Shown: piece by piece, positions 9,526 through 17,729 of the stretch
Position numbering within the stretch: the stretch's first letter is position 1
How the letters are laid out: the number at the start of each line of letters is the position of its first letter
Virus record (IMG/VR): IMGVR_UViG_2529292882_000019
Length of the DNA: 24,212 bases
Strand: one strand, 5' to 3'
DNA from: a virus
Lineage: Duplodnaviria; Heunggongvirae; Uroviricota; Caudoviricetes
Program-made: the position numbers and the translations under genes
Notes under the pieces: generated by a model
What the model was told of the DNA's origin: nothing
What the model saw: only the letters and a program-made list of their open reading frames with translations
Databases searched by the model: none

Positions 9526-10650
9526 ATGGTTAAGGCTAAAAACATGCCAAATCCCATGCCAAAAACTAAGGCAAACAATGAGCCTTATCGCAAGGTAAAA
9601 ATAACGATATGGGATGATCCCAAATTTAGGGCGTTATCTCCTCTGCCTCCAAGTGGACAGAGTTTGTTTATTTATCTGCTGACCAGTCCATTTACCGGGA
9701 TTATTCCTGGGTTGTTTAAAGCCGGGCGGGCAGCAATGGCTGAAGAGTTGGGGTGGGATATCGAAGCCTTTGACTTAGCCTTAGGCGAAGCCATGAATCT
9801 TGGCATGGTGAAAGCAGATATCAAAGCCAGAGTTTTTTGGCTCCCGAATGCTGCGAAACACAATCCGCCAAACTCGATAAATGTCATTAAATCCTGGGCA
9901 AAGGCATTCGCTTTAATTCCTGATTGCCCTCTCAAATGGGAGGCCAGGGAATCGCTGAGAGCCGCGTCCTACGGGGTTTCTGAGGCTTTGGGGATGGCAT
10001 TCGATAAGGCAATCCCTTTGCCTGAGGATAAGCCTAAGGATAAGGCTAACGCTTTGTCATGCGGTATCCAGATAACAGATAACAGATATATAAACCCCAC
10101 ACATAACGCGCGCGTGCGCGAGAGTGCTCCGACCAGTGAGGCAAATGGCGTGCCGTTGCAGACAGCGGAACCTGATTACCTGGAAGGCCTGAGCGAACCC
10201 ATCGGGAAATTTCCTATGACCGATGGCTGGCATCCGTCGCCGGATTTTCGACGACGGGCTGCGCTGTGGGGCGTGGCTCTTCCTGAGCCGGAATTTACAC
10301 CAACTGAACTTGCCGCCTTCCGGGACTACTGGGCAGCGGAGGGCAAAGTGTTCACGCAGGTTCAGTGGGAGCAGAAATTCGCCCGTCACGTAAATCACGT
10401 CAGGGCGCAGGTTAAACCAGTCAGCAAGGGGGTAAACCATGCAGCAACACCAGGTGGCACCGCATCACGGGCAGTTCAGGAAATTCGGGCAGCACGTGAG
10501 CAGTGGGAACGTGAAAACGGATTTATCAGCGACGGAAACGGCGTGGAAGCTGTGGGAACTCATGGGGGAGGTTTATTCGAACCGCTGGACCCAGAAGAAC
10601 GGGGCCGCACCTTCGAAGCTCTGGATTGCACAGATTGGCGCGATGACTGA
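9526..10650 (+). CDS. Replication initiator / replisome organiser (O-like, DnaT-like C-terminal region), about 374 aa from the RBS-supported ATG
   Basis: Large plus-strand ORF directly upstream of a lambda P-like gene. Internal iteron-like repeats at 10020-10110. GAGG lies 5 nt before the ATG at 9526; the track start at 9472 is TTG. Confidence 0.65.
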   Translation: MVKAKNMPNPMPKTKANNEPYRKVKITIWDDPKFRALSPLPPSGQSLFIYLLTSPFTGIIPGLFKAGRAAMAEELGWDIEAFDLALGEAMNLGMVKADIKARVFWLPNAAKHNPPNSINVIKSWAKAFALIPDCPLKWEARESLRAASYGVSEALGMAFDKAIPLPEDKPKDKANALSCGIQITDNRYINPTHNARVRESAPTSEANGVPLQTAEPDYLEGLSEPIGKFPMTDGWHPSPDFRRRAALWGVALPEPEFTPTELAAFRDYWAAEGKVFTQVQWEQKFARHVNHVRAQVKPVSKGVNHAATPGGTASRAVQEIRAAREQWERENGFISDGNGVEAVGTHGGGLFEPLDPEERGRTFEALDCTDWRDD

Positions 10651-11104
10651 GCAGCAAATCCGGCTGGTCTGCCGCCAGTGCATGGACCGCTGCCGGGCGG
10701 GTGAAACATGGCCTCCGGACCTGGCTGAGTTTGTGGCGCTGATTTCGGAGAGTGGGGCAAATCCATTTGGTCTGACGGTGGATGCTGTGATGGAGGAGTA
10801 CCGCCGCTGGCGCAATGAGTCCTGGCGATACGACGGAAGTGATAAGTACCCGTGGTCTCAGCCTGTGCTGTATCACATTTGCCTCGAGATGCGTTCAAAG
10901 GGGATTGAGCGCCAGATGACCGAAGGGGAATTAAAACGGCTTGCAGAACGGCAGCTGACGAAATGGGCAAAGCATGTTAGTAACGGCCTGGGCGTTCCGC
11001 CAGTCCGGCGACAACTGGCGGCACCCAAACGCCCGTCGGGGCCAACGCCAATTGAGTTACTGAAACAGGAATATGAACGCCGGAAAGCGGCTGGGTTTGT
11101 TTGA
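10439..11104 (+). CDS. Lambda P-like replicative helicase loader, 221 aa
   Basis: C-terminal half aligns by eye with lambda P (PPDLAEFVALI vs PSPGQFVAWC; YPWSQPVLYHIC vs YPWKSNAHYWLV; MTEGELKRLAERQL vs LTDAELRRKAADEL). GGGGG RBS before the ATG at 10439. Overlaps the initiator ORF out of frame. Confidence 0.7.
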   Translation: MQQHQVAPHHGQFRKFGQHVSSGNVKTDLSATETAWKLWELMGEVYSNRWTQKNGAAPSKLWIAQIGAMTEQQIRLVCRQCMDRCRAGETWPPDLAEFVALISESGANPFGLTVDAVMEEYRRWRNESWRYDGSDKYPWSQPVLYHICLEMRSKGIERQMTEGELKRLAERQLTKWAKHVSNGLGVPPVRRQLAAPKRPSGPTPIELLKQEYERRKAAGFV

Positions 11105-11136
11105 GTTGAGAAGTAATTTTTACCGGGAGGAAATTT

Positions 11137-11892
11137 ATGGAGACTGTTTTTGACGCACTGAAAGCGATGGGAAAAGCTACGTCGGTAGAGCTGGCTGCGC
11201 GACTTGATATCAGTCGTGAAGAAGTACTGAACGAGCTGTGGGAACTGAAAAAGGCTGGCTTCGTTGATAAAAGCGTATACACCTGGCGTGTGGCTGATAA
11301 CAACGTTCAGCAGGAACAGCCAGCGCCAGAAGAACAGCCGGAAGAAACCTCCACGGCGACAGTAGCGAAAATCTCAGAGTGCGATTTAACCGCGACGATT
11401 GAACAACGCGGACCACAAACGGCGGATGAACTGGCTACGCTGTTCAGTACAACATCCCGCAAAGTGGCTTCAACGCTGGCAATGGCAATCAGCAAAGGTC
11501 GTCTGATTCGCGTTAATCAGAACGGTAAATTTCGTTACTGCATGCCGGGCGGTAATTTACCAGCAGAGCCGAAAGCAGCATCGGTAACGGAAAATGATGG
11601 TAAAGCCTTTCCTCAGCCAGCAGGTGTTGCGTTACCAGTACAGGAAGCTGCAACACAGGAAGATATTAAAACAGAAACGGTGGCGGACATTGTGCAGTCG
11701 CTGCCATCGTTCACCGAAACGCGAGCGGATGACCTGATTTTACCATCGCTGCATATGGCAAACCGCGAACTGCGTCGGGCGAAAAGTCATGTCCAGAAGT
11801 GGGAGCGAGTCTGCGCCGCGCTGCGGGAGCTGAATAAATATCGCGATATTGTCGCCCAGCTTTGCCAGGAGGAAACCAGTGAGCAACATTAA
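11137..11892 (+). CDS. Hypothetical protein with N-terminal winged-helix-like region, 251 aa
   Basis: Strong RBS GGGAGGA. Uninterrupted ORF in the post-replication (ren/nin-equivalent) region. Confidence 0.6.
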   Translation: METVFDALKAMGKATSVELAARLDISREEVLNELWELKKAGFVDKSVYTWRVADNNVQQEQPAPEEQPEETSTATVAKISECDLTATIEQRGPQTADELATLFSTTSRKVASTLAMAISKGRLIRVNQNGKFRYCMPGGNLPAEPKAASVTENDGKAFPQPAGVALPVQEAATQEDIKTETVADIVQSLPSFTETRADDLILPSLHMANRELRRAKSHVQKWERVCAALRELNKYRDIVAQLCQEETSEQH

Positions 11893-12436
11893 TTACCAGG
11901 CACTGCGAATGGCGGCAGAAAATGCAACCCCTGGCGAATGGTGTTCTGATGATTACTATGGGGTAATTGCTGATGCCGGACTGAACGCAAATTACTACAT
12001 AGCATCATGCTCAGGACCAGATAATCGCGCCAATAAGCGATTCATAGCAGCAGCCAATCCGGCTACCGTGCTGGCACTGCTGGATGAACGGGAAGCCCAA
12101 AGCAAACGCATTGCAGAACTGGAGACTAATCTTGCTGCACTTGCGGCGGAGAATGCGGGGCTGAATAAATTTATCGTACAGAGTTGCTACGTGCTTGATG
12201 GCGAGCAGGATGAACTATCTGATGCGTATATCTGCGCAATAGACGGAAGGATGCCGCAAATCCCAGCCACCGACGCTTTCTTGTCGGATGTGCGGGCTGG
12301 GGCGTTTAACGACCTTTGCGCGGCGTTTGTCAGGCACGCAAAAGTTGCAGGACTGGATGATGCCGATACCGTAACGCTTAAGGAAGTGACAGAAGCATTG
12401 TTGCATTGTGCGGAACAGATTCGCGCGCCTGAATAA
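11879..12436 (+). CDS. Ea22/ead-like family protein, about 185 aa from a GTG with AGGAGG RBS
   Basis: AGGAGG precedes the GTG at 11879. Protein resembles lambdoid Ea22-like proteins by recall (NATPGEWC motif, coiled-coil centre). Confidence 0.55.
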   Translation: MSNINYQALRMAAENATPGEWCSDDYYGVIADAGLNANYYIASCSGPDNRANKRFIAAANPATVLALLDEREAQSKRIAELETNLAALAAENAGLNKFIVQSCYVLDGEQDELSDAYICAIDGRMPQIPATDAFLSDVRAGAFNDLCAAFVRHAKVAGLDDADTVTLKEVTEALLHCAEQIRAPE

Positions 12437-12506
12437 TTAAATTTAGTGTTGTAAATAAAATTTAATCCTTAACCGGAGGGATTTCTGCACCCTCAAATAA
12501 TCAGGA

Positions 12507-12526
12507 GGCCGCCCAAAAGGGCGGCT
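12507..12526. terminator. Bidirectional hairpin terminator between the Ea22-like gene and the 4-TM gene
   Basis: Stem GCCGCCC/GGGCGGC with AAAA loop. Moderately U-rich downstream on both strands. Confidence 0.5.
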
Positions 12527-12536
12527 GTTCCGCTGT

Positions 12537-13091
12537 TCAATTATCTAAAATTGTGCTAAATCTTTTTATTACCATTAAGAACGTTATAACAGTGATAAAA
12601 AAGGATGTATAGGCTAAAAAGCTAACAATATATGCAGGTGCGCGAAAATACCATTTCATTAAATCCACTGCATTGTCAGGCAGGAAATATATTATCACTG
12701 AAAATATAACCAATACTATTGAAGTTAATATTGCATAAGCGACGTTGTGGCATAACTGCTCATATATGGTTTTGTTAGTGTTTAATGATATCAATTTGTC
12801 TCGGGATTTGTTTCCTTCAATTATGTCTGATATCTTAGTGATGGTTTTTTGTTTTTGTTCATAAATCATTATTACTGCACTCATTAATAGTGCTGTTGTA
12901 ATAGCCCCGAAGTTAACAAAGACGGAAGCAATTGCCGGTTTCATTATTCCGTATGTCCAGCACAGAACGAAAGAAAGAGATAACGGAACAATAAAATGTA
13001 CGATAATGTCGCTCATCAACATTGTTCCACGCTGATCTGACATTGTTTTGTAGTGTTTTATTATTACACCCAGCACATTTATTTTATTCAT
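12537..13091 (-). CDS. Small integral membrane protein with four predicted TM helices, 184 aa; putative effector of a two-gene cassette
   Basis: Four hydrophobic segments (IIVHFIVPLSLSFVLCWTYGI; AIASVFVNFGAITTALLMSAVIMIY; VAYAILTSIVLVIFSVIIYFL; APAYIVSFLAYTSFFITVITFLMVI). ATGA start/stop overlap with the upstream gene and AGGGGTGA RBS. Strongly AT-rich codon usage unlike the flanking prophage genes. Confidence 0.75.
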   Translation of the reverse strand: MNKINVLGVIIKHYKTMSDQRGTMLMSDIIVHFIVPLSLSFVLCWTYGIMKPAIASVFVNFGAITTALLMSAVIMIYEQKQKTITKISDIIEGNKSRDKLISLNTNKTIYEQLCHNVAYAILTSIVLVIFSVIIYFLPDNAVDLMKWYFRAPAYIVSFLAYTSFFITVITFLMVIKRFSTILDN

Positions 13092-14019
13092 ATAATCACC
13101 CCTTTGTTTCCGCTATGCAGTTCTAACAATATATCATTAGAAAGGTTTTTTATCGTGTCATGAAGTGCTGTTAGATCAGGTATGCCTGTTAATGGGTCGA
13201 TTTTTAGATCATTATCATCTAACTCTGCGGAAATTCCTTTTTTTAGTATGGTATCATAATTGAAAACGACAGTCCGACTGCCGAGTTGTAAGCTTACTTT
13301 TATTGCATCACATTTATCTTCAATAATCTCAATGATGTTTCCTATATTCTTGTTTCTTAAATCCCTGAAACTTCCGAACATGCCATCGTTTGCTTTTATT
13401 ATTAAGTCTGTCTTGATGTTTGTTTTGTTTTGACCAAAGGAATCAGCAATGTCTTTTGGTGCTTTATATCCTTGAGCCTTAATTTGTTTTAATTCGGAAT
13501 TGAGAATATATTGAGGGATTTTCTTATGATGTAATGGATTGATTCTTGCTTCGAGTTGAAATTTGTTTTTTAGATATTCAGTGATAGAATCAGAAAGGAC
13601 ACCTCGAGCAGAAATATTATCGCAAGAGTGGAATGCAATAATTCCTTCTTTAAGGGCGTCTGGTAGGTATATTAAAATATAACGTTCTTTGAGTGTTACA
13701 TCATAAGCAGTTGTCCTATAGTGGATTTTTTTGAGTTTTACATCTTTTATTTCACTGCTTTCTCCATATTTCCCAACTTTTATATAACCATATATAATTT
13801 TTTTGAGTTATCAAAGTGAAGTTTAGCGTGTTGTTCCAGAGATATTTTAGTTTTGGATACGCCAAACTCGATGGGGGTGTTTTTATATAGAGTAAAATAA
13901 TCAACAAAAAGTTCATATGCCGTTTTTTTATTACTTAAACCCAATTCATTAAGTTTTTTGCTGGCTCGACTGCCTTTATGGGTCAATACGCGGAATGAAT
14001 AGAAATTAACGCTGTGCAT
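13088..14019 (-). CDS. Soluble protein of about 310 aa encoded in two frames: 79-aa ORF (14019..13780) plus a 240-codon open frame (13807..13088) joined by a -1 shift at an A7 tract (13798..13804); possible pseudogene, homopolymer error or slippage
   Basis: AAGGA RBS 7 nt before the ATG at 14019. The downstream frame has no stop for 240 codons and no ATG/GTG/TTG before codon 143, which is unlikely by chance in AT-rich DNA. Heptamer A_AAA_AAA sits in the 25-nt window where both frames are open. Contains an Rx4H motif (RINPLH). Confidence 0.6.
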
Positions 14020-14043
14020 GAAAAGTCCTTTTGAACATATAGG

Positions 14044-14070
14044 AATATACTAGAACATAAATAGATGCAA
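14044..14070 (-). promoter_or_regulatory. Candidate sigma70 promoter for the two-gene cassette
   Basis: On the minus strand: TTGCAT, 15-nt spacer, TATATT, ending about 25 nt upstream of the cassette ATG. Spacing is suboptimal. Confidence 0.2.
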
Positions 14071-14421
14071 TGCATAAAGGAAAAGCTACCGCAGGGCGAA
14101 CTCACCCACCGATAGCTCTTAACTGGTTGTTTGTAAAAGATAATACATAAATTGGGGCTGTGTAAAGAGGTAAGCATCGTCAGGGCAAGGGAGATGTGTT
14201 AGGCGATATTGGTAAAATTTTCGTTGAGGATAAAAACGGTTTGCGGGAAAAGGAGAGTTAAGTAGAATTGCTGCGGGTGCTTGAGGCTATCTGCCTCGGG
14301 CATGAACACCAACGGCAGATAGATAAAAGCCCCACCCGACTATAAATCGAAGTGAGGCCCCTATATGCTCGTCACATATAGATTGCCTCTTACTGACCGA
14401 AAGGTCAAGGAGAAGCAGGCT

Positions 14422-14577
14422 ATGAAGCAGCAAAAGGCGATGTTAATCGCCCTGATCGTCATCTGTTTAACCGTCATAGTGACGGCACTGGTAACGAGGA
14501 AAGACCTCTGCGAGGTACGAATCCGAACCGGCCAGACGGAGGTCGCTGTCTTCACAGCTTACGAACCTGAGGAGTAA
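14422..14577 (+). CDS. hokD: Hok/Gef-family type I toxin, 51 aa (HokD/RelF-like)
   Basis: MKQQKAMLIALIVICLTVIVTALVTRKDLCEVRIRTGQTEVAVFTAYEPEE: single TM helix plus conserved C-terminal periplasmic region of Hok toxins. Followed by a strong terminator. Confidence 0.8.
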   Translation: MKQQKAMLIALIVICLTVIVTALVTRKDLCEVRIRTGQTEVAVFTAYEPEE

Positions 14578-14646
14578 GAGACCTGGCGGGGGAGAAATCT
14601 CCCGCCACCTCTGATGTGTCAGGCATCCTCAATGCACCCACACTTA

Positions 14647-14675
14647 ACCCGCTTCGGCGGGTTTTTGTTTTTATT
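14647..14675 (+). terminator. Rho-independent terminator downstream of hok
   Basis: Stem ACCCGC/GCGGGT with TTCG loop, followed by TTTTTGTTTTTATTTT. Confidence 0.8.
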
Positions 14676-14797
14676 TTCAACGCGTTTGAAGTTTTGGATA
14701 GTGCCGGAATAGAATCAAAAATACTTAAGTAGCGTGCAGGGAGAAGAGGGATGGACCCCGAACAGGGGAGTGCTATTTATCTGGAAGGATTCTGTTG

Positions 14798-14971
14798 ATG
14801 AAAATCGAAGAATTACGTGAAATTTTTAGTGAAGATGGCCTCTATGCTGTGCGCGTTGAGAATGGAGAAGTTATCTACACAACGTTAATTCCTGATGATC
14901 ATGTGATTTTATCTATCGAGGCATTCATTGAATACCTGGAAAGGCTCGGTTTCAAGGTGGTTCGGGAATGA
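14798..14971 (+). CDS. Small hypothetical protein, 57 aa (hand-translated; below ORF-track cutoff)
   Basis: MKIEELREIFSEDGLYAVRVENGEVIYTTLIPDDHVILSIEAFIEYLERLGFKVVRE. GGAAGGA about 10 nt upstream of the ATG. Confidence 0.4.
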   Translation: MKIEELREIFSEDGLYAVRVENGEVIYTTLIPDDHVILSIEAFIEYLERLGFKVVRE

Positions 14972-15030
14972 GTTATAATTCGTAAGCCAGCCTGAACAAC
15001 TGGCAACCTACAGCGCCATTGGAGATAGCA

Positions 15031-15630
15031 ATGGCGCATATACAACTGGTCAAACAAACCTCTTCCGGATTACTTCTCCCGGCGACGCCGGAGAGTTGCG
15101 ATTTTCTGCATCAAATCAAAATAGGTGAGTGGATACACGCAGACTTTAAGCGTGTGCGTAACTACGCATTCCACAAGCGTTTTTTCAAACTCCTGCAACT
15201 GGGATTCGATTACTGGACTCCGGTCGGTGGGGCGATCACGCCTCGCGAACGAGAACTGCTGTCTGGTTTCGTGGATTACCTGTGCGAATCAGTTGGTCGG
15301 GAACACACACCAGCCCTGAGTGATGCCGCAGAGCAATATCTAAATACAGTTGCGACACGCAGAACCCGGGATACGGCATTGCTAAAGTCGTTTGAGGCTT
15401 TCCGCGAGTGGGTAACCATTCAGGCCGGATTTTACACCGAGCATCTTTATCCTGATGGTAGCCGTGGGCGTCGGGCGAAATCTATCGCGTTTGCGAATAT
15501 GGACGAAACCGTGTTTCAGCAGGTCTATAAATCTGTACTGAATGTGCTGTGGAACTGGATTCTGTTCCGTAAATTTTCCTCTCCGGAACAAGTCGAAAAT
15601 GTGGCCGCGCAGCTGCTGGAGTTTGCGTAA
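15031..15630 (+). CDS. nin-region protein (DUF1367/YbcN-like), about 199 aa
   Basis: GGAGA RBS before the ATG at 15031. Translationally coupled (TAATG) to the next gene. Position upstream of the Q-like gene. Confidence 0.55.
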   Translation: MAHIQLVKQTSSGLLLPATPESCDFLHQIKIGEWIHADFKRVRNYAFHKRFFKLLQLGFDYWTPVGGAITPRERELLSGFVDYLCESVGREHTPALSDAAEQYLNTVATRRTRDTALLKSFEAFREWVTIQAGFYTEHLYPDGSRGRRAKSIAFANMDETVFQQVYKSVLNVLWNWILFRKFSSPEQVENVAAQLLEFA

Positions 15631-15920
15631 TGGTGGACTTACGTAAAGCGACGCGGGGGCAGATGTGCACCGTCAGAATTCCTGGCTACTGCAATCACGA
15701 TCCGGAAACGTCTGTGCTGGCGCATTACCGACTGGCGGGAACGTGCGGAACAGCGATAAAGCCACACGATATGCAGGCAGCGATTGCCTGTAGCTCGTGC
15801 CACGATTTAATCGACGGGCGGGTAAAAACCAGCGATTACACCAAAGAAGAATTACGCCTGATGCATGCAGAAGGTGTTTTTCGCACACAAGAAATCTGGA
15901 GAAAGGAGGGATATTTATGA
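15630..15920 (+). CDS. nin-region Cys/His-rich protein (DUF1364/YbcO-like), 96 aa
   Basis: 96-aa ORF with multiple Cys/His (CTVRIPGYCNHD...CSSCHD). Overlap coupling on both sides. Confidence 0.55.
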   Translation: MVDLRKATRGQMCTVRIPGYCNHDPETSVLAHYRLAGTCGTAIKPHDMQAAIACSSCHDLIDGRVKTSDYTKEELRLMHAEGVFRTQEIWRKEGYL

Positions 15921-16453
15921 TTTACCCAACGAATACAGGAAAAAGCGGAGAACACCTTCGTCTCACCACGCTGGAAAGTGTCTGGATTCAGGGAAAACTA
16001 CGTATGTGGGGGCGCTGGTCGTATATTGGCGGCGGCAGGTCAGGGAATATGTTTAACCAGTTGCTGGCATCCCAAAAAATGACAAAAACAGCCATCAATG
16101 AAGCCCTGCGCAGATTGAAAAAAGCGGGAATTGATAAACCAGAGTTGGAAGCATTTTTGCGTGAGATGATCGAAGGAAAGCAAAAAAGCTGGTTAACTCA
16201 CTGCACTGATGCAGAGGCACTAAAAATTGATAGTGTTATAGGTGAAGTTCTGGCGGATCATCCAGGACTACTAAATGTCCTGAGTCAGCGTTATGTGGGG
16301 CGAGGGATGAGTAAGAGAAGGATGGCAGAGTTATTAAACGAACAGTACCCAGAGTGGGCGTTGATTACATGCCGACGTCGTGTTGAGCAGTGGTTGCGTG
16401 TTGCTGAGTTCATTTTGTATTCACCTATGAGAGAAGCGTTCGATTATGCTTAA
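15917..16453 (+). CDS. Putative late-gene antiterminator (Q-like), 178 aa
   Basis: AAGGAGGG RBS with ATGA overlap to the upstream gene. Last gene before the terminators, tRNAs and lysis cassette, the canonical Q position. Family not confirmed by sequence recall. Confidence 0.5.
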   Translation: MIYPTNTGKSGEHLRLTTLESVWIQGKLRMWGRWSYIGGGRSGNMFNQLLASQKMTKTAINEALRRLKKAGIDKPELEAFLREMIEGKQKSWLTHCTDAEALKIDSVIGEVLADHPGLLNVLSQRYVGRGMSKRRMAELLNEQYPEWALITCRRRVEQWLRVAEFILYSPMREAFDYA

Positions 16454-16550
16454 AAAATCATTGCAAAATGAGCCACAAACTGCTTCAATTTTGGTACGCT
16501 TCGCAAAGCTGTATCGCGAGGCGAATCAAGCGCAATTGAACTTTAATAGA

Positions 16551-16575
16551 ACCCGCCATCGAGCGGGTTTTGTTG
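16551..16575 (+). terminator. Rho-independent terminator downstream of the Q-like gene
   Basis: Stem ACCCGC/GCGGGT with 6-nt loop, followed by TTTTGTTGTTT. Lies inside track ORF 16446..16661, arguing that ORF is not coding. Confidence 0.6.
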
Positions 16576-16817
16576 TTTCTGCGGTGTTATATAAGAAACG
16601 ACATTTAATAATCTCCTTCAAAATAAATTTGTTTATATATTGTCATGTATATTTTAAGTGAAAGTGAATTATTCACATAAAATAAAAACATATAAATAAA
16701 TTTACATAACTTGACGCAAAGTGTTGTTGCGATTGGAATATTAAATCGTATCATCGAAAACGGTTCTGAGGGGGAACTCTTCTTTGCTCGGTGATATCGC
16801 TCCCCTGAAGAACCAAT

Positions 16818-16893
<76 letters not shown>

Positions 16894-16896
16894 TAT

Positions 16897-16971
<75 letters not shown>

Positions 16972-17336
16972 GCATTTGAAACAAGCCTTATTGTATTGCG
17001 GCACTGGCGTATTTTTTATTACGTGGGAGCAGGTTGTTTTGAAAAAGCATTCTGTTCTCTGGCTATGATTTGAGGCCGGGTGTAGCCTCAGTGCTGATTT
17101 TTTTACGGCAGCAGAATGGTGCATTATCGGTGGAGATTTTGTATTTCCTGGCAGGGTCGGTGATGCATCATTCTGGTGTTGTAAATCGCACCATAGAGGC
17201 GCTCCTCAGTGCGAGGGTGGTTTAAAGAGTCGGTTTAGCGGGAAACCACAGTATCCATACAGCACGGAATACTTCGGGAGGCACCCGACGCCTCGGTTTA
17301 ATAACAATTAAAAAATTCATCCCTTGCATTGACCAA

Positions 17337-17360
17337 CCGCCATATCTGGCGGTTTTTTTT
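17337..17360 (+). terminator. Strong rho-independent terminator (tR'-like) in the late leader
   Basis: Stem CCGCCA/TGGCGG with TATC loop followed by T8. Confidence 0.75.
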
Positions 17361-17687
17361 ATTCCTTTCTCAGGACAAAAAAAGACACGAGCATCCAGGA
17401 ATACTCGTGGGACAACGTCCTTTGGATAGCAATTTGCGAGAGGGTGAAAAGTAGCGCGGTCGTCGGATTAAGACCGCGGGACAAAGTCCATGAAGAATAA
17501 TAAGTATTGGCCCCCTTCCGGGGACATGTTCATACTACTAAGCTTCAGAAGTGGTTTAAATCCTCAAATTAACCTTAATTTCCGATAAGTCTTATTTCAT
17601 TTCTTTGCGCCACATCTGGTGCGCATCAAATAACGCCACGCAAAGGGCATCTGCGGATGCCGGTGCTTTTGACGGGGTGTTTTTTAC

Positions 17688-17710
17688 GGGCCGCTGGTGG
17701 CCCTTTTTTA
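17688..17710 (+). terminator. Second hairpin terminator immediately upstream of the holin RBS
   Basis: Stem GGGCC/GGCCC with 6-nt loop followed by T6. Confidence 0.55.
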
Positions 17711-17729
17711 TTTACAGGAGAAAAAAGTA

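Noticed and set aside
10526-10970. Three overlapping minus-strand track ORFs (116, 136 and 80 aa) inside the replication genes
   Set aside because: They are antisense to the conserved P-like gene and have Arg/Pro/Ser-rich low-complexity translations; shadow ORFs in a GC-rich region.
13798-13804. Interpreting the A7 tract as a definite programmed frameshift site
   Set aside because: The heptamer fits X_XXY_YYZ, but the downstream structure is a weak all-A/U hairpin with no spacer, and a homopolymer error or inactivating mutation explains the data equally well. It is reported as a finding, not as an established recoding site.
14100-14421. relBE-type toxin-antitoxin pair upstream of hok
   Set aside because: No ORFs with RelB/RelE-like size and features precede hok; the upstream sequence looks like hok leader and regulatory RNA instead.
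16446-16661. Track ORF of 71 aa downstream of the Q-like gene
   Set aside because: It contains a strong intrinsic terminator (16551-16575) and an AT-rich promoter-like tail, so it is more likely the late leader region than a protein-coding gene.
16972-17729. Shiga-toxin or other toxin cargo between the Q-like gene and the holin
   Set aside because: No ORF of suitable size or signal-peptide character is present there; only tRNAs, hairpins and terminators.
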